Part shown: in pieces, positions 61,078-64,000 of the stretch
How the letters are laid out: each line of letters opens with the position of its first letter
How positions within the stretch are numbered: the stretch's first letter is position 1
Assembly (NCBI GenBank): GCA_964035545.1
Contig: OZ037765.1
Span: 11,356,698-11,420,697 of the forward strand
DNA from: Bugula neritina
Taxonomy: Eukaryota; Animalia; Bryozoa
Direction: 5' to 3'
Length of the DNA stretch: 64,000 nt
Notes under the pieces: generated by a model
What the model was told of the DNA's origin: nothing
Seen by the model: only the letters and a program-made list of their open reading frames with translations
Databases searched by the model: none
Position numbers and translations under genes: made by a program

Positions 61078-64000
61078 GTGAAGTGATATGATAGCAATTA
61101 TTGAAGAGATTGAAAGTTCAAACTGCAAAGATAGCAGAAACAGAAATAAATAAAATTATTGTAAAATGATATCAGCTGCAACATATTAAAACCCTGTTTT
61201 GGCTTAGAATAGCAGATAGTTTGTTTTGCTCATCGCTTACCAAATCACTCCTGTGAGTATGGTACTAAGAGCATTTAAGATTATATAAACAAATTTAAAA
61301 TATAAGTGCACAGCATTGTGACTATATGACTAAAATAATGTATAACTTGTTAAAAAATTTTAAAAAAAGATTAGCATGATGTCAACATCACCACTTTGCT
61401 TAGTGCTTGTATAGATGTAAATTTAGCTTTTATAGAATTCTGAGAGAATTGTTAGCACCCAGATTAAGATGACACTGTGTCATAAATGACATATATGCTT
61501 AGCCTTTGTTAGGGGCTTGTTAAAAAACAAAAGCACAAAATGTAAAGAATATAGCTGACTAAACAATCTAAATAATATACATTGTGAAGTAACGATTGAA
61601 TACAAGTTCACTGCAGTACTTTCCAGCACTAATTGGCTCATAGAAATATCAGGCAAAATTATGTGCATGGCACTACATGAATTGTGACCACATTCTGTTT
61701 TTGAGAAAATAATGAAGAAGTCTCAATACCCTAAGCTCTTTAAATATTTTGACTTAGAATGAGGGTTGCAATTTTATGGAAACATAACTTCTCTGCAGAC
61801 ACTTTTCTCTAAGATACACCTCGAGGGAAAGCAACATTATATGGCAGCTTAGACTGCACAGGTCTGATATGTCTGCCTCCGTTGCTTTATAAACACTAAT
61901 GTTTTGCTAAAAAATAGTGAACCTAGCATTTTAACAACCTCAGCCACTGGGTGACCCAAGTTTAACATCAGCCAGGACTCTGTGGTTTTAGGTCAGCCTC
62001 TCAGCAACAATCATTTGCTAGACAGGAATATAAACAACAGCAGCAATAGAAAACTTATTTTAAGACCATTTACTACTGTTTTGTGGCTATGACGTCAGTA
62101 ATTAGATTATAGTCAAGTTAATAGTTCGTGGTCACGTATAGAGCAAACTATAAACAGGGCCAACAGTAAATTTATACCCACATATTAGTAGCATGCAATT
62201 TATTAAAAAAATATTATAGCTTTGGTTTTGTCAACTTTTTACAAACTTAATCATTTATTAGTTATCATCAAATTGTAAAACAAATCTTAATCTGTAAATG
62301 TAAATGTATATATTTCTTTGCATAATAGAAGCTGCAACTACATCATGATATAGTTTTTAGTTTTCATTTGGGATCCAACCTCATTCGCATGTTGAGCTTT
62401 CTCATATTCTCGTATTTAGAAATAAGTGTAGATTTCCATCATCTTTCTCTAACCTCTGTTTGATCTAGAGAATACATTTTGCAGTGTGACAAGTTACCAT
62501 TTTTGAAATTAAATTCGTTTCAATTTTGTAATCCTAACCAAAAAAGGTAGAAGTAAACAAAAAATTGTATATTTGTCATCAGTTGAAACACTGAGTTACA
62601 TGTAGTACTTTTACATTTCAAGCACACGATTATATCAAAAACCTAACTGTATGAGACTATTGATAAAGGCTAATTCGAGTGATTTCTTACGAAACTTCAT
62701 AACTACCATGATCTCTGCTGCGTATTAGAGAATTTACTAGTACACACAAGTATATATCTCATAAAAATATTTATAAGCTGTGTGTGTTGCACACCAACAC
62801 CAAGCTGTGCTACCCAATTCTGCCTGTAAAATAGTAAAAAAGCTGGCAAAGCCTAACAAATTTACCCTTTTATGATCTCCATCTTATATTTCCTAACCAA
62901 TAATGGTAGACAATGTAACTAAACACTGAGTATATAACACTGACCTAGGGCTAGTTGGAGATTTCTTATTTATTGTATTATGCATAGACTATGATTATAT
63001 ATAGAGCAGAAAGACTCATACACCGAAAGGTTACTGTGGTGGTTCAGGGGATAGCTAAAATGAGCAGTTGCCAGTATAAGCTAAATATTTATAACACAGA
63101 TTATTTCTTGAAAATTAACAGGTTACAAGCAAGCCTGCTGCTAAATTGTTGATATTTGAACCTAACTGAACGAATTTGTGCTGTAAATAGAATTTGCTGG
63201 CAGTCAGCTTTGCAAAGTAAAATATGAGAATTGGCGTCAAATGACTAGAGTTATCAGCAACAGACTTTATGGGAACTGGAATAATATAGAGCCTATACAG
63301 TTTATATCACATGCTTTATATGAATTAAAATAGCTACAAGCAAGCTTTTACACATGTGTATGGTCTACATGAAGTAGTGTTCACACTAATAGCAACTTAT
63401 TCATTACTATTAATCACTATAAGTTATATACAGATAAAAGTTACAGTAAAAAATATGTAAGAATATTATTCACCATTATATGTCATTTTGTTTGTTCATG
63501 CTGCATATAGATGCTGTAAATAAGTTATAGTCATGTAATATTATATTGAGAAAAAAGTTGGCAGCAATAGATCACATGCATGGTTCTTAGAACAGCAAAG
63601 GTTATAGAATATTACTTAATAACTATCTATTTGTGTAATATCCTTTAATAAATATTAAAACCCTGAATTTTTATTGTCTTTTTAAATCTTGATAATCATG
63701 ATTTTCAAAATTGCCATCTCTGTGAGAATCCCAATGGTAAGAGCTTTTATGCTGACTTCAAACTGTACCTCAAACTATGCCACTAACTGGCTTTAAATAT
63801 AGATTTAGAACGCTGCAAAGTTAATAATTTAGAAATTATTAAAGTTTTATTGTTGATTTTCATGTTGTTTAATTCAACAGTTTTATTGTTGGCTGTAATT
63901 TTTGTTGCTGAATAGTAAATGCATCAGTACTAGAAATTAGCTGGGCTTTAGAATAGCCTACTGTAGCAATAAAACTTTAAAGTCTGCAGAGGAGCATGCA

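Noticed and set aside
62090-62097. Perfect CRE TGACGTCA
   Set aside because: A single 8-mer in 64 kb is near chance expectation; no linked transcript evidence

Overview
AT-rich (roughly one-third GC) invertebrate genomic DNA; the proteins look lophotrochozoan/protostome-like but I cannot name the species. Two intron-rich neural/muscle calcium-signalling genes lie head-to-tail on the minus strand. (1) A complete T-type calcium channel (Cav3, EEDD filter) of 36 predicted coding exons, 53025->20152, about 2212 aa with all cassettes. It has a U12 AT-AC first intron, a GC-AG intron, only a short tri-cysteine '12a-type' domain II turret exon, unusual cassette exons in the cytoplasmic linkers and a very short C-tail. 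(2) CaMKII, 16044->beyond base 1; kinase and regulatory domains are complete and the hub lies outside the window. It has a duplicated, mutually exclusive 73-nt exon 6 (helix alphaE plus HRDLK loop) and several tiny phase-1 linker cassette exons. The 4-kb spacer holds a non-autonomous hAT-like element and a tandem ~260-nt repeat with two degenerate hammerhead ribozymes. Introns hold tRNA-derived SINEs, a foldback MITE, a 72-bp perfect palindrome and minisatellites. A possible decayed FN3-domain pseudogene lies on the plus strand near 59.7-61.1 kb. All exon calls come from manual reading of splice sites and frame; there is no transcript evidence.
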